This document shows, piece after piece, positions 8,242-18,209 of a stretch of DNA of 64,000 nucleotides. How positions within the stretch are numbered: the stretch's first letter is position 1; every line of letters begins with the position of its first letter. Made by a program: the position numbers and the translations under genes. A model generated the notes under the pieces. That model did not search any database, was not told the DNA's origin, and saw only the letters and a program-made list of their open reading frames with translations. This stretch comes from Verrucomicrobiia bacterium (GTDB lineage: Bacteria; Verrucomicrobiota; Verrucomicrobiia; CAIQCK01). Location of the stretch: contig JBAYFL010000001.1 of NCBI GenBank assembly GCA_041667205.1, forward strand, positions 258,439-322,438. Direction: 5' to 3'.

Positions 8242-9330
8242 TCAACCCGGCCCTTTGGGTTTCAGTTCGAACGCCACCGGGATGTCCACATAAGCGTTGC
8301 CCAGGCCGGGCGGCAACGGTCGAATCCGGCGCACACTATTTACCGCAGAAAGCACCGACTCGTCCATCACGGGATTGCCCGACCGCTGGTCGAACCAGAC
8401 GTAGCTGATGGTGCCGTCGCGCTGGATACGGATGAAAACCACGCAGTTCAGGCGCCCCTGCAACTGGCTCGGCTGCGTCCACGCGCGATCCATCGCGTCC
8501 TTGATCAAGAGATAATACCAGCCGAACTCCGAAGGCAGACCGCCGCCGGTGCCCGGTCCGGTGCCGGAACCCGAGCCTGTGCCCAGTCTCGATCCCGGGC
8601 CGGAGCCTGCGCCCGCATATTGGCCGGAACCGCGGCCCGTTCCCGGACCTGACTTGCTGCCGCTGCCGGTGCCAGGCCCGGTGCCGCCATGAGAGCCGTA
8701 GCCCAACTTGTTGAACATGCCTTTCTTGAAACTGTCCGCGTTGAAACTGCGGCCAGCCAGCTTGGTGCTCTTGCCCTTGCTGTTGGCGGGGCCGGTGCCC
8801 TTGCTGTTCACTGCCTTGGAGTTTGGCACGCCGGTTTTTGTCCGCTGCACCAGCGTGGTGGAGGTCTTGACTTTGTTTGTCGCTTCGACCTTCGGTTGAG
8901 GGGGAGGCTTGACCTGCGCTTTGGCTTGCGGCTTGGGTTTCTCGATCTTCTTCGGCTGCTCGGTGTGGATCACGGGCTGGCGCGTGTCCTCCTTCGGCGG
9001 AGGCGCGGGCTTGACCGTGTCAAATTTCGCCACCGGTTTGGGAGGCGGCTTCGGCGTTTCTTCAACCACGGCAGGCTCGCCGGGCGGCGCGGGCGCGGGT
9101 TCCTCGGCCGGCGTCGTCGAGGGCAGGGATGGCTCCGAGTTGCCGCCGCCTTCGCTGCCGCTGCCGCCACCGGCTTCGCCGCCCATGCCGAGTTCGAGCC
9201 ACACCGGTTGATCAGCCTGCTTCGGCGCGAAAGCCGCCCACATCATCATCGCGCCGATCAGCAGGACATGCAGCACCGCCGAAACGAACAGGTTCCAGCG
9301 GTATCTTGGATCGTCATTCTTCGCTTCCAT
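8242..9330 (-). CDS. tolA: TolA-like protein (N-terminal TM, long Pro/Gly/Ser-rich linker, TonB_C-like C-terminal domain)
   Basis: An N-terminal TM segment is followed by PPPKP/GSG low-complexity sequence. The C-terminus is LNCVVFIRIQRDGTISYVWFDQRSGNPVMDESVLSAVNSVRRIRPLP. Its position between tolR and tolB supports the call. Confidence 0.6.
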   Translation of the reverse strand: MEAKNDDPRYRWNLFVSAVLHVLLIGAMMMWAAFAPKQADQPVWLELGMGGEAGGGSGSEGGGNSEPSLPSTTPAEEPAPAPPGEPAVVEETPKPPPKPVAKFDTVKPAPPPKEDTRQPVIHTEQPKKIEKPKPQAKAQVKPPPQPKVEATNKVKTSTTLVQRTKTGVPNSKAVNSKGTGPANSKGKSTKLAGRSFNADSFKKGMFNKLGYGSHGGTGPGTGSGSKSGPGTGRGSGQYAGAGSGPGSRLGTGSGSGTGPGTGGGLPSEFGWYYLLIKDAMDRAWTQPSQLQGRLNCVVFIRIQRDGTISYVWFDQRSGNPVMDESVLSAVNSVRRIRPLPPGLGNAYVDIPVAFELKPKGPG

Positions 9331-9332
9331 CG

Positions 9333-9749
9333 CTAACGCGACTGACCTTCACTCAATGCCACGATGCCCACGTGGCTGATGCCGGCGCTCTTGAGCGCAT
9401 CCAGCACCAGCACAAATTTCTCGAACTGCTGCTGTTTGTCCACCCGGATGAGCACGGCCACGTCCTGGTCTTCATTGTGCAGTGCGGTCATGGACGCCCG
9501 CAGCGTGTCGAGGTCCACCGGCGAGCGGTCAATGTAAATCTGGCCCGTCTTGTCAATGCTCACCGTGCGGCCGGGCGTAGGCTTCTGCTGCTGTGCCTTG
9601 GCGGCCTTGGCGAGATTGACGCCGATGGACTGCTCGAACAGCGGCGTCGTGATGATGAAGATGATCAGCAGCACGAACGCCAGGTCCAGCAGCGGCGTGA
9701 TGTTGATCTCCGCCAGCACCGACAGATGACGTTGGGAGAAACGGCGCAT
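9333..9749 (-). CDS. tolR: ExbD/TolR family biopolymer transport protein
   Basis: MRRFSQRHLSVLAEINITPLLDLAFVLLIIFIIT matches ExbD/TolR. The internal start at 9749 is chosen because it lies 8 nt after the tolQ stop. Confidence 0.75.
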   Translation of the reverse strand: MRRFSQRHLSVLAEINITPLLDLAFVLLIIFIITTPLFEQSIGVNLAKAAKAQQQKPTPGRTVSIDKTGQIYIDRSPVDLDTLRASMTALHNEDQDVAVLIRVDKQQQFEKFVLVLDALKSAGISHVGIVALSEGQSR

Positions 9750-9756
9750 GGCAACT

Positions 9757-10494
9757 TCACTCCCGCACAAACTCGCGCTCCAGCGCGGTGGCCAGCTCGC
9801 TTGCAAAATTGTCCATCTCCACCGTCATCCCGCGGATGCTGTGGACCAGCCAGTTGTAGGCGAACATCGAGGGAATGGCGACGAGCAGGCCGGTCACCGT
9901 TGTAATCAGCGCGCCGCTGACGCCGGGCGCCATCGTCGTGAGGCTGGCGTTGCCCTGGATCGCGATCTCGCCGAATGCGTCCATGACGCCCCAAACCGTG
10001 CCGAGCAATCCGAGAAAAGGCGCGCCGCTGACGGCTGTCGCGAGCATCACGAGGCCCTGCTCCAGTTTCAACCCCTGCTCTGCCACCGTCCGCTCGATCA
10101 CGCCTTTGATATGGTCCATCTGCTTGAGTGTGACGCGCTTGCCGCCGGCCGGCGCCAGCAACCCCATCGCCACCGTCGGCTCGGACTCGACGCCGTGATA
10201 GTTCTTCAGCTCCTTGCAACCGGCCGTGTAGATTTCAAACAAGGAGCAACCCTCCACACGCACGCGCTGGCTGAAAAGATCGAACGCGCTTTTCTCCGAC
10301 CGGAACGCCTCCAGAAACTGTTTGTTCAAACGCCGCGTGCGACTGACCTCGCCCAACTTGGTGAACATGACCGTCCACGCAAAAATCGAGAACACCATCA
10401 GGATGCCGATGACGACCTTGCCCGGCAGATGCGCCGCGCTGAACGAGTAGCTGATGTCTGCCAGCGGCAGCGTGAACAGGAAATCGGGAATCAT
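9757..10494 (-). CDS. tolQ: MotA/TolQ/ExbB proton-channel protein TolQ
   Basis: There are three TM helices. The conserved C-terminal region is GLLGTVWGVMDAFGEIA...TTMAPGVSGALITTVTGLLVAIP. Confidence 0.8.
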   Translation of the reverse strand: MIPDFLFTLPLADISYSFSAAHLPGKVVIGILMVFSIFAWTVMFTKLGEVSRTRRLNKQFLEAFRSEKSAFDLFSQRVRVEGCSLFEIYTAGCKELKNYHGVESEPTVAMGLLAPAGGKRVTLKQMDHIKGVIERTVAEQGLKLEQGLVMLATAVSGAPFLGLLGTVWGVMDAFGEIAIQGNASLTTMAPGVSGALITTVTGLLVAIPSMFAYNWLVHSIRGMTVEMDNFASELATALEREFVRE

Positions 10495-10620
10495 ATTGAA
10501 GTCGCATTCTAGCGGGTTCCGCGCGGTTTACAACCATTTCAGAGCAGCGGGCATGACTGCATTTTGTTGTTGGAAAACTGCCGGGCTTTCTGCTACAACG
10601 CCGCCGTGTAGTCTGGAGAT

Positions 10621-11112
10621 TTGCTGAGTCAAGTTATGATGACGTTTTTGGTGATCGCGGCAATCGGACTGGTGGCAGTCTCCATCTTCTGTCTGGCGCT
10701 GTGCAAAGCGTCGGGGCAGCCGATACCCGGGGCAAGGCACCCGCATCCGGCGATTCTCGTCATTGACGACAACGTCAGTGTCCTTAACATGATCCGCATG
10801 GGGTTGGAGAACGAGGGTTACAGTGTTCACACCGCCTCCAGTCCGCAGGAAGGCATCGAGTTGTTCAGGGGACAGTCGCGAAACATCAGCCTGGTCCTGC
10901 TGGATTTTTGCATGCCTGTGATGAACGGGGACCGGGTGTTTGATTGTCTGCGTAAGATTGATCCCGAAGTGCCGGTTTTGCTGATCACGGGCTTCTGCGA
11001 CGACATCGAAGCGGCCAAACGACTCCGGAACGACGTTCGCGGCTACTTGCTCAAGCCGTTTCAGTTGGGCGATCTGATCGGCAAGGTCCGGGAAATCGTC
11101 AGCTTCGCCTGA
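10621..11112 (+). CDS. Membrane-anchored single-domain response regulator (CheY-like receiver with an N-terminal TM helix, no output domain)
   Basis: The TM segment is MMTFLVIAAIGLVAVSIFCLAL. The receiver fold is ILVIDDN...LVLLDFCMPVMNG...LLITG...YLLKPF. Confidence 0.65.
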   Translation: MLSQVMMTFLVIAAIGLVAVSIFCLALCKASGQPIPGARHPHPAILVIDDNVSVLNMIRMGLENEGYSVHTASSPQEGIELFRGQSRNISLVLLDFCMPVMNGDRVFDCLRKIDPEVPVLLITGFCDDIEAAKRLRNDVRGYLLKPFQLGDLIGKVREIVSFA

Positions 11113-11225
11113 GCCTCCGCCATCTCACGCGGCGCAGGTTTGTTTTACTGTTCCAGCTTCCAGGCTTTGGGCTATTAACGGCGCAGGTATCGTGAAATCA
11201 TAAGAAATAGTTCGGCGTTGGAACC

Positions 11226-12536
11226 ATGAGACACACAAATACCGCAAAGACCGTCAAAACGCCGCAGTTGGAAATCATGACGAGCCGCGCCACGGCCGGC
11301 GGTCTTGCTCTCCTCGTGACTCTTGCGTGTTTCATGATTGTTGTCGTTTCCACATGGGCTGCTCTTCCCGGCGTGGCCAGGTTCCAGAACCTGAACACCG
11401 TTTTCGGTTCGCCGTTGTGGCAAAGCGATTCGCTTTGGACCGACAACGAGCGCGACGTGGGCAAGCGACTCGGCTGGCCGGAGGAGTCGCGCACGACGAC
11501 GCTCGCGAGCTACCGGCTCTACGCGAAGGAAGACGCGCGCGTGCTCGGCGCGCGACCGTATTCGTTGGCACTCTATGCGGAAAAAGGCCGCGTGACGCAG
11601 GTCTCGATGGTGTTCGCCAACTCTGGCGACCGCTGCAACCCCAAGCAGTTCGAGCGCGACACGCAGGCGATCGAAGCGTCGCTGAAGCCGGTGCTCGGCG
11701 AGCCGACGCAGACGTTTTTTGGGCAGACGCGGAAGATTCGCTACAAGGTGCGGCGCTGGAATTGGAAAGGCCACGCGATCCTGTTGGAGACGCCGGAGAA
11801 TTACGTCGGCGTGCGGGTCGTTCCCGCTGAACTGGCCGACCGCGAGGGACGCGCGGAAGTGATCGCCTACCAGCAGTTGCGCGACACGCTCAGCCAGCGC
11901 GTGAAGAAACGCGACAACGGCGACGTGGTCGTCACGGAAATCCCGATGGTCAACCAGGGTCCGAAGGGTTACTGCGCTCCGGCGACGTGGGAGCGTTATC
12001 TTCGCTACATCGGGATTCAGGCCGACATGTATGTGCTCGCGCTGGCGGGCCAGACCAAGGTGGGCGGTGGCACGTCGGCGAATCTGATGTTTGAGAACGT
12101 CGAGGCGCTGGCCCGGCGCAACGGCCGGCGGTTCGAGCAACTCTGCCTCACGCTGACGGTGTCGAACCTGGCCAAATACATAGACAAAGGTTTCCCGTTG
12201 ATGTGGGGCATCTTTTTCGACCCGGAGATGGACAAGGGAATCAGCAGCCGCTCGAAAGAACGCCTGACGGTCATGGACTGGAAAGCGTGGCCGGAGAAAC
12301 TCAAGAGCGCGCGCAATGTCTCGAAAGTTGGCCCGAAGATGCTCCAGATGCCCGACAGTCCCGGCGGCGAAGTCAACAACGGCCACATCCGCATGATCGT
12401 CGGCTACAACGCCAAGACCGGCGAGATTGCCCTCTCCGACTCGTGGGGCAAGCACTTCGAGGAACGCTGGGCCACCGTGGATGAAGCCAAGGCCATGACG
12501 CAGCACGACACGGCGTTCTGGAACGTGCGCTGGTGA
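11226..12536 (+). CDS. Secreted or membrane-anchored papain-like cysteine peptidase, C39-like (Peptidase_C39_2-like) domain in the C-terminal half
   Basis: The N-terminal hydrophobic anchor is LALLVTLACFMIVVVSTWAALPG. A candidate catalytic Cys lies in GPKGYCAPATWERYLRYIG and a candidate catalytic His in GHIRMIVGYNAKTGEIALSDSWG. This is the pattern seen in C39-like peptidases. Confidence 0.5.
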   Translation: MRHTNTAKTVKTPQLEIMTSRATAGGLALLVTLACFMIVVVSTWAALPGVARFQNLNTVFGSPLWQSDSLWTDNERDVGKRLGWPEESRTTTLASYRLYAKEDARVLGARPYSLALYAEKGRVTQVSMVFANSGDRCNPKQFERDTQAIEASLKPVLGEPTQTFFGQTRKIRYKVRRWNWKGHAILLETPENYVGVRVVPAELADREGRAEVIAYQQLRDTLSQRVKKRDNGDVVVTEIPMVNQGPKGYCAPATWERYLRYIGIQADMYVLALAGQTKVGGGTSANLMFENVEALARRNGRRFEQLCLTLTVSNLAKYIDKGFPLMWGIFFDPEMDKGISSRSKERLTVMDWKAWPEKLKSARNVSKVGPKMLQMPDSPGGEVNNGHIRMIVGYNAKTGEIALSDSWGKHFEERWATVDEAKAMTQHDTAFWNVRW

Positions 12537-12585
12537 ACGACGGCAGCGCAGGCATTCTTGCCTGCTTTGTTGCGCCACGCGGCGG

Positions 12586-13446
12586 CTACTTCAGCCCTTT
12601 CGACTTCAGGAACTCCAGACTCATCTTGAGGCTGTCGAACGGGTCGCGTTTACACTTGTCCTGCTCGACCAGATAACCGACCGCGCCGATTTCTTTGCAG
12701 ACCTTGAGAATGGCATTCCAGTCCAGCTTGCCGTAGCCGACCTCGGCGAAGCTGCCGTCGGTCTTGTCCATGTCCTTGCAATGGATCATCGGCGCGCGAT
12801 TCTTGAACTTCGACAGGAACTCCACCGGATCGGCACCGCCCTTGGCAATCCAGTAAAGATCCGGTTCGGCTTTCAGCGTCGGCGCGTTGTCGTAAAGCAG
12901 ATCGAGCGCGGGCTTGTCGTCGAACTTCGTCTCAAACTCGAAGGCGTGGTTATGATACATCAGCGTGAAGCCGCGTTTCTTCAACTCCTGCGCCCACTTC
13001 TCGAACAGTCCCGCCAGCTTCAGCCAGTCTTCCTTGGTCTTGCGGCGGTTCGCCGGCAGGAACGGAATGGCGATGTAGCGGCACTTCAGCACCTCATGGT
13101 CGCTCAAGATCGGGTCCACGCCCTTCTCAAGCTCATCGAGGCCGACGTGCGTGGCGAGAATGGCGAGGCCGTTGTCGTCGCACATCTTCTTCACTTCCGC
13201 CGGCGTCTTGCCATAGTTGCCGGAAATCTGCACGCCCCGGTAACCGAGCGCGGCGACCTTCTTCAGCGCGCCGGCAAAGTCGGCCTTGCAGGCGTCGCGC
13301 ACCGTGTAGAGCTGCGCGCCGATCTGCGTGGGCTTCGCGGCGGCAAACGCAGAGGGCAGATGACGCATCGCCAGCGCGCCACCGGCCACGGCGGCGCTGC
13401 GATGGAGGAATTCGCGGCGGGAGCAGGCTGAAGAAAAGTTGTTCAT
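12586..13446 (-). CDS. Tat-exported sugar phosphate isomerase/epimerase (xylose isomerase-like TIM barrel)
   Basis: The twin-arginine signal is MNNFSSACSRREFLHRSAAVAGGALA. The TIM-barrel AP-endonuclease-2 family pattern includes HNHAFEF. RBS AAGGA precedes ATG 13446. Confidence 0.7.
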   Translation of the reverse strand: MNNFSSACSRREFLHRSAAVAGGALAMRHLPSAFAAAKPTQIGAQLYTVRDACKADFAGALKKVAALGYRGVQISGNYGKTPAEVKKMCDDNGLAILATHVGLDELEKGVDPILSDHEVLKCRYIAIPFLPANRRKTKEDWLKLAGLFEKWAQELKKRGFTLMYHNHAFEFETKFDDKPALDLLYDNAPTLKAEPDLYWIAKGGADPVEFLSKFKNRAPMIHCKDMDKTDGSFAEVGYGKLDWNAILKVCKEIGAVGYLVEQDKCKRDPFDSLKMSLEFLKSKGLK

Positions 13447-13521
13447 GGTGTTATATCCTTTCGATGGCGCAACCATAGGCGAGGCCGCCGTGCCTGCCAA
13501 GAGCAGACTGGCAAAGCTGCC

Positions 13522-14129
13522 TTGACGCGACGGTGGATTTCAACGAACATCACATCGAGGATGACGAGGAAAGCGTGGCAAATCTACCGGCGAATCAAGA
13601 ACGTCCGCGGACTCAGCGAGGAGGAAAGGCTGCTGTTCGCGCGCAGCCTCGCCGCCACGCCCGACGAACGTTGGCGGCTCCACGAAAACTTTCTGCGCTC
13701 GCTCGGCTTGTTCACACGCTCCGAGCGGAAGGCATTCGGTTTCAAATAGCAGGCATGGCCGCTGCCGTCCTTCAAGGCGTGCCGTCCACCACGCTCGACA
13801 CCGACTTTTGGGTGGATCTGCCGACCATGCAATACCCGCGCCTGCACGCGCTTTGCCGCCGACTCGGCGCAACCATTCTCGCGCGCACCGCTGTCGCGCT
13901 CGCCGACGATACGATGGTGAACTTCCTCTTTCGCGTGGACGGCCTGCGCGAGTTTGAAACGGAACTGAAACGAGCCGCCTGGCTGCGATGGCAGGGTCTG
14001 CGCGTGCCGGTGCTGCCGCTGGCCAGCATCCTCAAGAGCAAGCGATACGTTGGACGGCCAAAGGATCTGGCCCATCTGCCACTCCTCCGGACTGCAATTC
14101 GATTGCAGGAGAAGCCGCGCCATCGGTAA
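13522..14129 (+). pseudogene. Minimal nucleotidyltransferase (MNT-like) gene split by a 1-nt frameshift at about 13745 (homopolymer caaatag)
   Basis: The N-terminal part is in the frame of ORF 13522..13749 (…RSLGLFTRSERKAFGFK*). The C-terminal part is in the frame of ORF 13533..14129 (IAGMAAAVLQGVPSTTLDTDFWVD…YVGRPKDLAHLPLL). The joined sequence aligns residue-for-residue with the intact paralog at 62760..63272 (GG-x12-DxD, VGRPKD). Confidence 0.4.
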
Positions 14130-14150
14130 GTGGGATTACTCTGCGCTGGC

Positions 14151-15203
14151 TTACTCTCTCCACCCATGATTCTCGCGCACTTGGATCATCGCGGCGAGGA
14201 TGTTGTTCCAGGTTTCCTGTTTCATCATCACCTCGTTGGGGAACATGCAGCCGTCCCAGCAGAGGTGGCGGATTTTCTTGGTGACCTTGCCCTTGTCGTC
14301 GCGCAGCCAGTAGCCGGCGTCGCGCGGGACGTTGAGCTTGCCGTTGGGGTCGGTGACGGGACAGTGGCGGCCGGTCTTGTCGTGCGTGCCGGAGCCTCTG
14401 ACGGTCGCGTCGTTCTGCGCGACGTGGAAGTCAATGGTCCACGGGCGTAGCGCGGCGGTGAGCTTCTTCATCGCCTTGTGGAAGGCGTCCGGCTCCCAAT
14501 GGAAGTCCTTCGGCACGATGCGGTGTTCGGGGGCGTTGGCGCCGAGCGTGTATAAGAGCGTGTGAGCCATGTCGGCTTGGAAACCGAGATGCTTCGGTTG
14601 GTTCACGCCTTCGAGCACTTGCAGCATGTATTTCCACGAGTGCATCGCGCCCCAGCAAATCTCGCCCTCGGCCGCCAGCCGTTCGCCGTGCTCTTTGGCC
14701 ACGACCGCGGCCTCCTTGAACGTCTGGACGATCCGCTTTGTGTTGCCTTTCGGGTCCTTGTCCCAATCCGCGACGCTACACGCGGAGTCAATGCGGACGA
14801 CACCGTGCGGGCGGACGCCCATCTCGCGGAGTTTCTTCGCAATGCGGCAACCCTTCCGCACCTGGCCGACGAATTTCTTGCGGTCGTCGTCGCCGCCCAT
14901 CGCCGAGCCGCCGCCCGTCGGCGGCCAGATCGGCGCAACCACCGAACCGACGACGAGGTTCTTCGACGCAATCTTGTCCGCGATGCGCTTCAGATCGTCG
15001 TCGCTGGAATCAATGTTGATGTGCGGCTCGAACAGGAAGATGTCCACGCCGTCGAACTTCACGCCGTTGACCTCGGCCTTGGCGGTGAGGTCGAGCATGG
15101 TGTCGAGGTCAATACACGGTTCCGCGCCGGGCGATCCTTTGCCGACGAGGCCGGGCCACATGGCGTTGTGAAGTTTCGGGAAGTTGTTGGTTTGGCTGCT
15201 CAT
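14151..15203 (-). CDS. Xylose isomerase-like TIM-barrel protein (sugar phosphate isomerase/epimerase family)
   Basis: The 350-aa ORF has the barrel-like pattern (…FQADMAHT…, …[16 protein letters not shown]…). It has no signal peptide. Confidence 0.55.
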   Translation of the reverse strand: MSSQTNNFPKLHNAMWPGLVGKGSPGAEPCIDLDTMLDLTAKAEVNGVKFDGVDIFLFEPHINIDSSDDDLKRIADKIASKNLVVGSVVAPIWPPTGGGSAMGGDDDRKKFVGQVRKGCRIAKKLREMGVRPHGVVRIDSACSVADWDKDPKGNTKRIVQTFKEAAVVAKEHGERLAAEGEICWGAMHSWKYMLQVLEGVNQPKHLGFQADMAHTLLYTLGANAPEHRIVPKDFHWEPDAFHKAMKKLTAALRPWTIDFHVAQNDATVRGSGTHDKTGRHCPVTDPNGKLNVPRDAGYWLRDDKGKVTKKIRHLCWDGCMFPNEVMMKQETWNNILAAMIQVRENHGWRE

Positions 15204-15295
15204 CGTTTTCCTTTCGCTCGCTGAAGTTTGTGGACGGCGAGAGTATCAAGGCAAACGCATGGCGCAATGCCAAAGTGAGCTGGCTGCAGAACCAA

Positions 15296-16726
15296 CTAGT
15301 CGTTGTAGGCTTCCTCGCCGTGCTGCGAGACGTCGAGGCCGCGGAGTTCGTCTTCCTCGGTCACGCGCAGGCCGATGACGGCATCCACGAGCTTCAGAAT
15401 CAGAAACGTTGCCACGCCCGCCAGCACCCATGTGAACGCCACCGCCGTGAGCTGGTTCATCAACTGACTCGCGCTGCCGGCCAGCGAAACGGTGTTGCCG
15501 CCGACTTTGAACGTCGTTGAGATCGCCGGATTGACGACCGTGCTGGCGAAAACACCCGTCAGCGCCATGCCGATGGTGCTGCCAACGCCGTGGACGCCGA
15601 ACGCATCGAGCGAATCGTCATAGTGGAACTTCGCCTTCAGTTTGCTCACCGCCATGTAGCAACCGAAGCCGGCCGCAAGTCCGATGACGAGGGCCGACGG
15701 CACCGACACAAAACCGGACGCTGGCGTGATCGTCGCCAGCCCGGCCACCATGCCCGACGCCGCGCCGAGCACGCTGGGCCGGCGCTTCAGGCTCCACTCG
15801 GTCAACATCCAGCCGAGGCCGCCCGCCGCGGCGGCGAAGTGCGTCGCCGCGAACGCTCCCGTCGCCAGCCCGCCCGCCGCGACCGCGCTGCCGCCGTTGA
15901 AACCGAACCAGCCGAACCACAGCAACCCCGTGCCGATCAGGCTCAGCACGACGTTATGCGGCACCATCGGTTCGCGCGGATAGCCGAGCCGCCTGCCCAT
16001 CACCAACGCGCAGACCAATGCCGACACCCCGGAACTGATGTGCACCACGGTCCCACCCGCGAAATCGAGCACCGGCACGCTTCCACCGAGCGCCCAGTTG
16101 AAGTAGCCGCCCTTGCCCCACACCATGTGGCAGAGCGGGAAGTAAACGATCGTCACCCAAAGAACTGTGAACGTCAGGAACGCGCTGAACTTCATCCGCT
16201 CGGCAAACGCGCCGCTGATCAGCGCGGGCGTGATGATGGCGAACATCAACTGGAACAACATGAACGTCTGCTGCGGGATCGTCGCGGCGTAGTCGGCATT
16301 GGGAGCGTCGCCGACGCCTTTGAGCATGAAATACTGGAGCGGGTTGCCACAGAACGCGTTCCCCTCGCCGAACGACATGCTGTAACCATAGATCACCCAT
16401 AACACCGACACGACCGACATCAGGATCAGGCTGTGCATCATCGTGCCGAGGACGTTCTTCGAGCGCACGAGGCCGCCGTAAAACAGGATCAGCCCCGGCG
16501 CGGTCATCAGCAACACCATCGCCGTGCTGACGAGCATCCAGGCGTTGTCGCCGCTGTTGACGGCGGGTGCCGCCGCTGCTGCCGCCTCCAGCTTCGCGAG
16601 GCGTTGTTCGAGCGATGCGGAGGGCGCGTCCGCCGCAGTGGCCGCTGGCACGGCCAGTGCAGTGAAGCTGGCCAAGAGAAACAGAGAGACGAGTCCGATT
16701 AGCGTGCGACAGTTGTTTTTGGGCAT
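15296..16726 (-). CDS. amt: Ammonium transporter (Amt family)
   Basis: MPKNNCRTLIGLVSLFLLASFTALA signal, then Amt signatures (DFAGGTVVHISSG, GFNGGSAVAAG, LDAFGVHGVGSTIG). The internal ATG at 16726 is chosen; the track start sits in junk-like sequence. Confidence 0.85.
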   Translation of the reverse strand: MPKNNCRTLIGLVSLFLLASFTALAVPAATAADAPSASLEQRLAKLEAAAAAAPAVNSGDNAWMLVSTAMVLLMTAPGLILFYGGLVRSKNVLGTMMHSLILMSVVSVLWVIYGYSMSFGEGNAFCGNPLQYFMLKGVGDAPNADYAATIPQQTFMLFQLMFAIITPALISGAFAERMKFSAFLTFTVLWVTIVYFPLCHMVWGKGGYFNWALGGSVPVLDFAGGTVVHISSGVSALVCALVMGRRLGYPREPMVPHNVVLSLIGTGLLWFGWFGFNGGSAVAAGGLATGAFAATHFAAAAGGLGWMLTEWSLKRRPSVLGAASGMVAGLATITPASGFVSVPSALVIGLAAGFGCYMAVSKLKAKFHYDDSLDAFGVHGVGSTIGMALTGVFASTVVNPAISTTFKVGGNTVSLAGSASQLMNQLTAVAFTWVLAGVATFLILKLVDAVIGLRVTEEDELRGLDVSQHGEEAYND

Positions 16727-16748
16727 GGTAAACCTTGACTGAGCACGA

Positions 16749-16764
16749 AGCAGCACGCGTGCCA
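16749..16764 (-). promoter_or_regulatory. Candidate sigma-54 (-24/-12) promoter for amt
   Basis: The minus strand reads TGGCACGcgtgCTGCT, against the consensus TGGCACG-N4-TTGCW (one mismatch). It lies about 22 nt upstream of the amt ATG. Two palindromes sit further upstream: caccgcag-N6-ctgcggtg at about 16784-16805 and ctgcgca-N17-tgcgcag at about 16813-16843. Confidence 0.35.
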
Positions 16765-16995
16765 CGGCAAACGACGGTGGTTTGCACCGCAGTCGTTCCT
16801 GCGGTGGAAATAACTGCGCACTTCGGCTGTGGCGATTTGCGCAGCCCGGCCAAAAAACGCAGCCGTTCCTGCCAACTTTCCCGTTCATCGCTTGAAACAG
16901 GAAATATTTGACCTCGCGGCGTCCAGCGCGTATTGACGTGGCCTGATGAGCAGCAACGCCGTGACCTTGCGCATGACGCATTACGCATTATGCCC

Positions 16996-18177
16996 ATGAA
17001 ATACCGCCGTTTTGGTCGCACCAACCTCCAGATGCCCGTCATCACCTGTGGCGGGATGCGCTACCAGCACAAGTGGCAGGACGTGCCGGAGGCCGAGATT
17101 CCCGCCGACGGCCAGGCCAACCTGGAAGCCTGTATTCACCACGCGCTGGAGCTTGGCATCAACCACATCGAAACCGCGCGCGGCTACGGCACCAGCGAGA
17201 TGCAGCTCGGCCACGTGTTGCCGACGCTCCCGCGCGAGAAGATGCTTATCCAGACCAAGGTCTTCCCCTTCGCCACGCCCAAGGAGTTTCTCGACACCTT
17301 CGAGACTTCCATGCGCTACCTGCGGCTCGACCACGTGGACCTGCTCGCTCTCCACGGCATCAATAACGCCCAGCTCCTCGACTGGACCCTGCGCAAAGGC
17401 GGCTGCCTCGACGCCGCCCGCCAGCTCCAGCGCGACGGCCGCTGCCGCTTCATCGGCTTCTCCACCCACGGCCCCACCGACGTGATCGTCCGGGCCATCG
17501 AGACCGGCGAGTTCGATTACGTCAACCTCCACTGGTATTTCGTCAACGAACTCAACTGGCGCGCCATCGAGGCCGCCGCGCGCCGCGACATGGGCGTCTT
17601 CATCATCAGCCCCAACGACAAGGGCGGCAAACTCTACGCGCCGCCGCCGAAGCTTGTGGACCTCTGCCGTCCGCTGACCCCGATGCAGTTCAACGACCTC
17701 TTCTGCCTCGCCCGGCCGCGGGTTCACACTCTCAGCATGGGCGTCGCCAAACCTTCCGACTTCGACGAACACGTTGCCGCACTCGACCACTACGACCGCG
17801 CCGCCGAAACCGCCGCGCCCATCGAGCAGCGCCTCCGTGCCGAGATGGCGCGCGTGCTCGGCGACGACTGGTGCCGCCGCTGGCACGAGGGCCTGCCGGA
17901 GTGGACCGACACGCCCGGCAACGTCAACGTGCAGGAGATCGTCCGGCTTTGGACCTACGCGAAGTCCCTCGACATCGTCGAGTGGGGCCGGATGCGCTAC
18001 AACCTCCTCTCCAACGCCGAGCACTGGTTCCCCGGCGCCGCGCCCGGCAAACACCGCGAAGTGGACCTCCGCCCCGCGCTGGCCCGCAGCCCCTTCGCCG
18101 CCCGCATCCCCGCCATCCTCGACGAAGCCCACGCCATGCTCTTTGACGAGCCGCAGAAACGTCTCAGTCAGAGTTAA
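16996..18177 (+). CDS. Aldo/keto reductase
   Basis: [23 protein letters not shown]...[15 protein letters not shown] matches the AKR family. Start chosen at the MKYRR Met. Confidence 0.8.
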   Translation: MKYRRFGRTNLQMPVITCGGMRYQHKWQDVPEAEIPADGQANLEACIHHALELGINHIETARGYGTSEMQLGHVLPTLPREKMLIQTKVFPFATPKEFLDTFETSMRYLRLDHVDLLALHGINNAQLLDWTLRKGGCLDAARQLQRDGRCRFIGFSTHGPTDVIVRAIETGEFDYVNLHWYFVNELNWRAIEAAARRDMGVFIISPNDKGGKLYAPPPKLVDLCRPLTPMQFNDLFCLARPRVHTLSMGVAKPSDFDEHVAALDHYDRAAETAAPIEQRLRAEMARVLGDDWCRRWHEGLPEWTDTPGNVNVQEIVRLWTYAKSLDIVEWGRMRYNLLSNAEHWFPGAAPGKHREVDLRPALARSPFAARIPAILDEAHAMLFDEPQKRLSQS

Positions 18178-18209
18178 GGCTGTTCATAATGGTCAACGAA
18201 GGAGTTCCT

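Noticed and set aside
11175-12578. 467-aa minus-strand ORF antisense to the C39-like gene
   Set aside because: It is an Arg-rich antisense shadow. The plus-strand frame has the signal anchor and the Cys/His peptidase motifs.
16981-18132. 383-aa minus-strand ORF antisense to the aldo/keto reductase
   Set aside because: It is Gly/Ala/Val/Asp-rich with no motif. The AKR frame is unambiguous.
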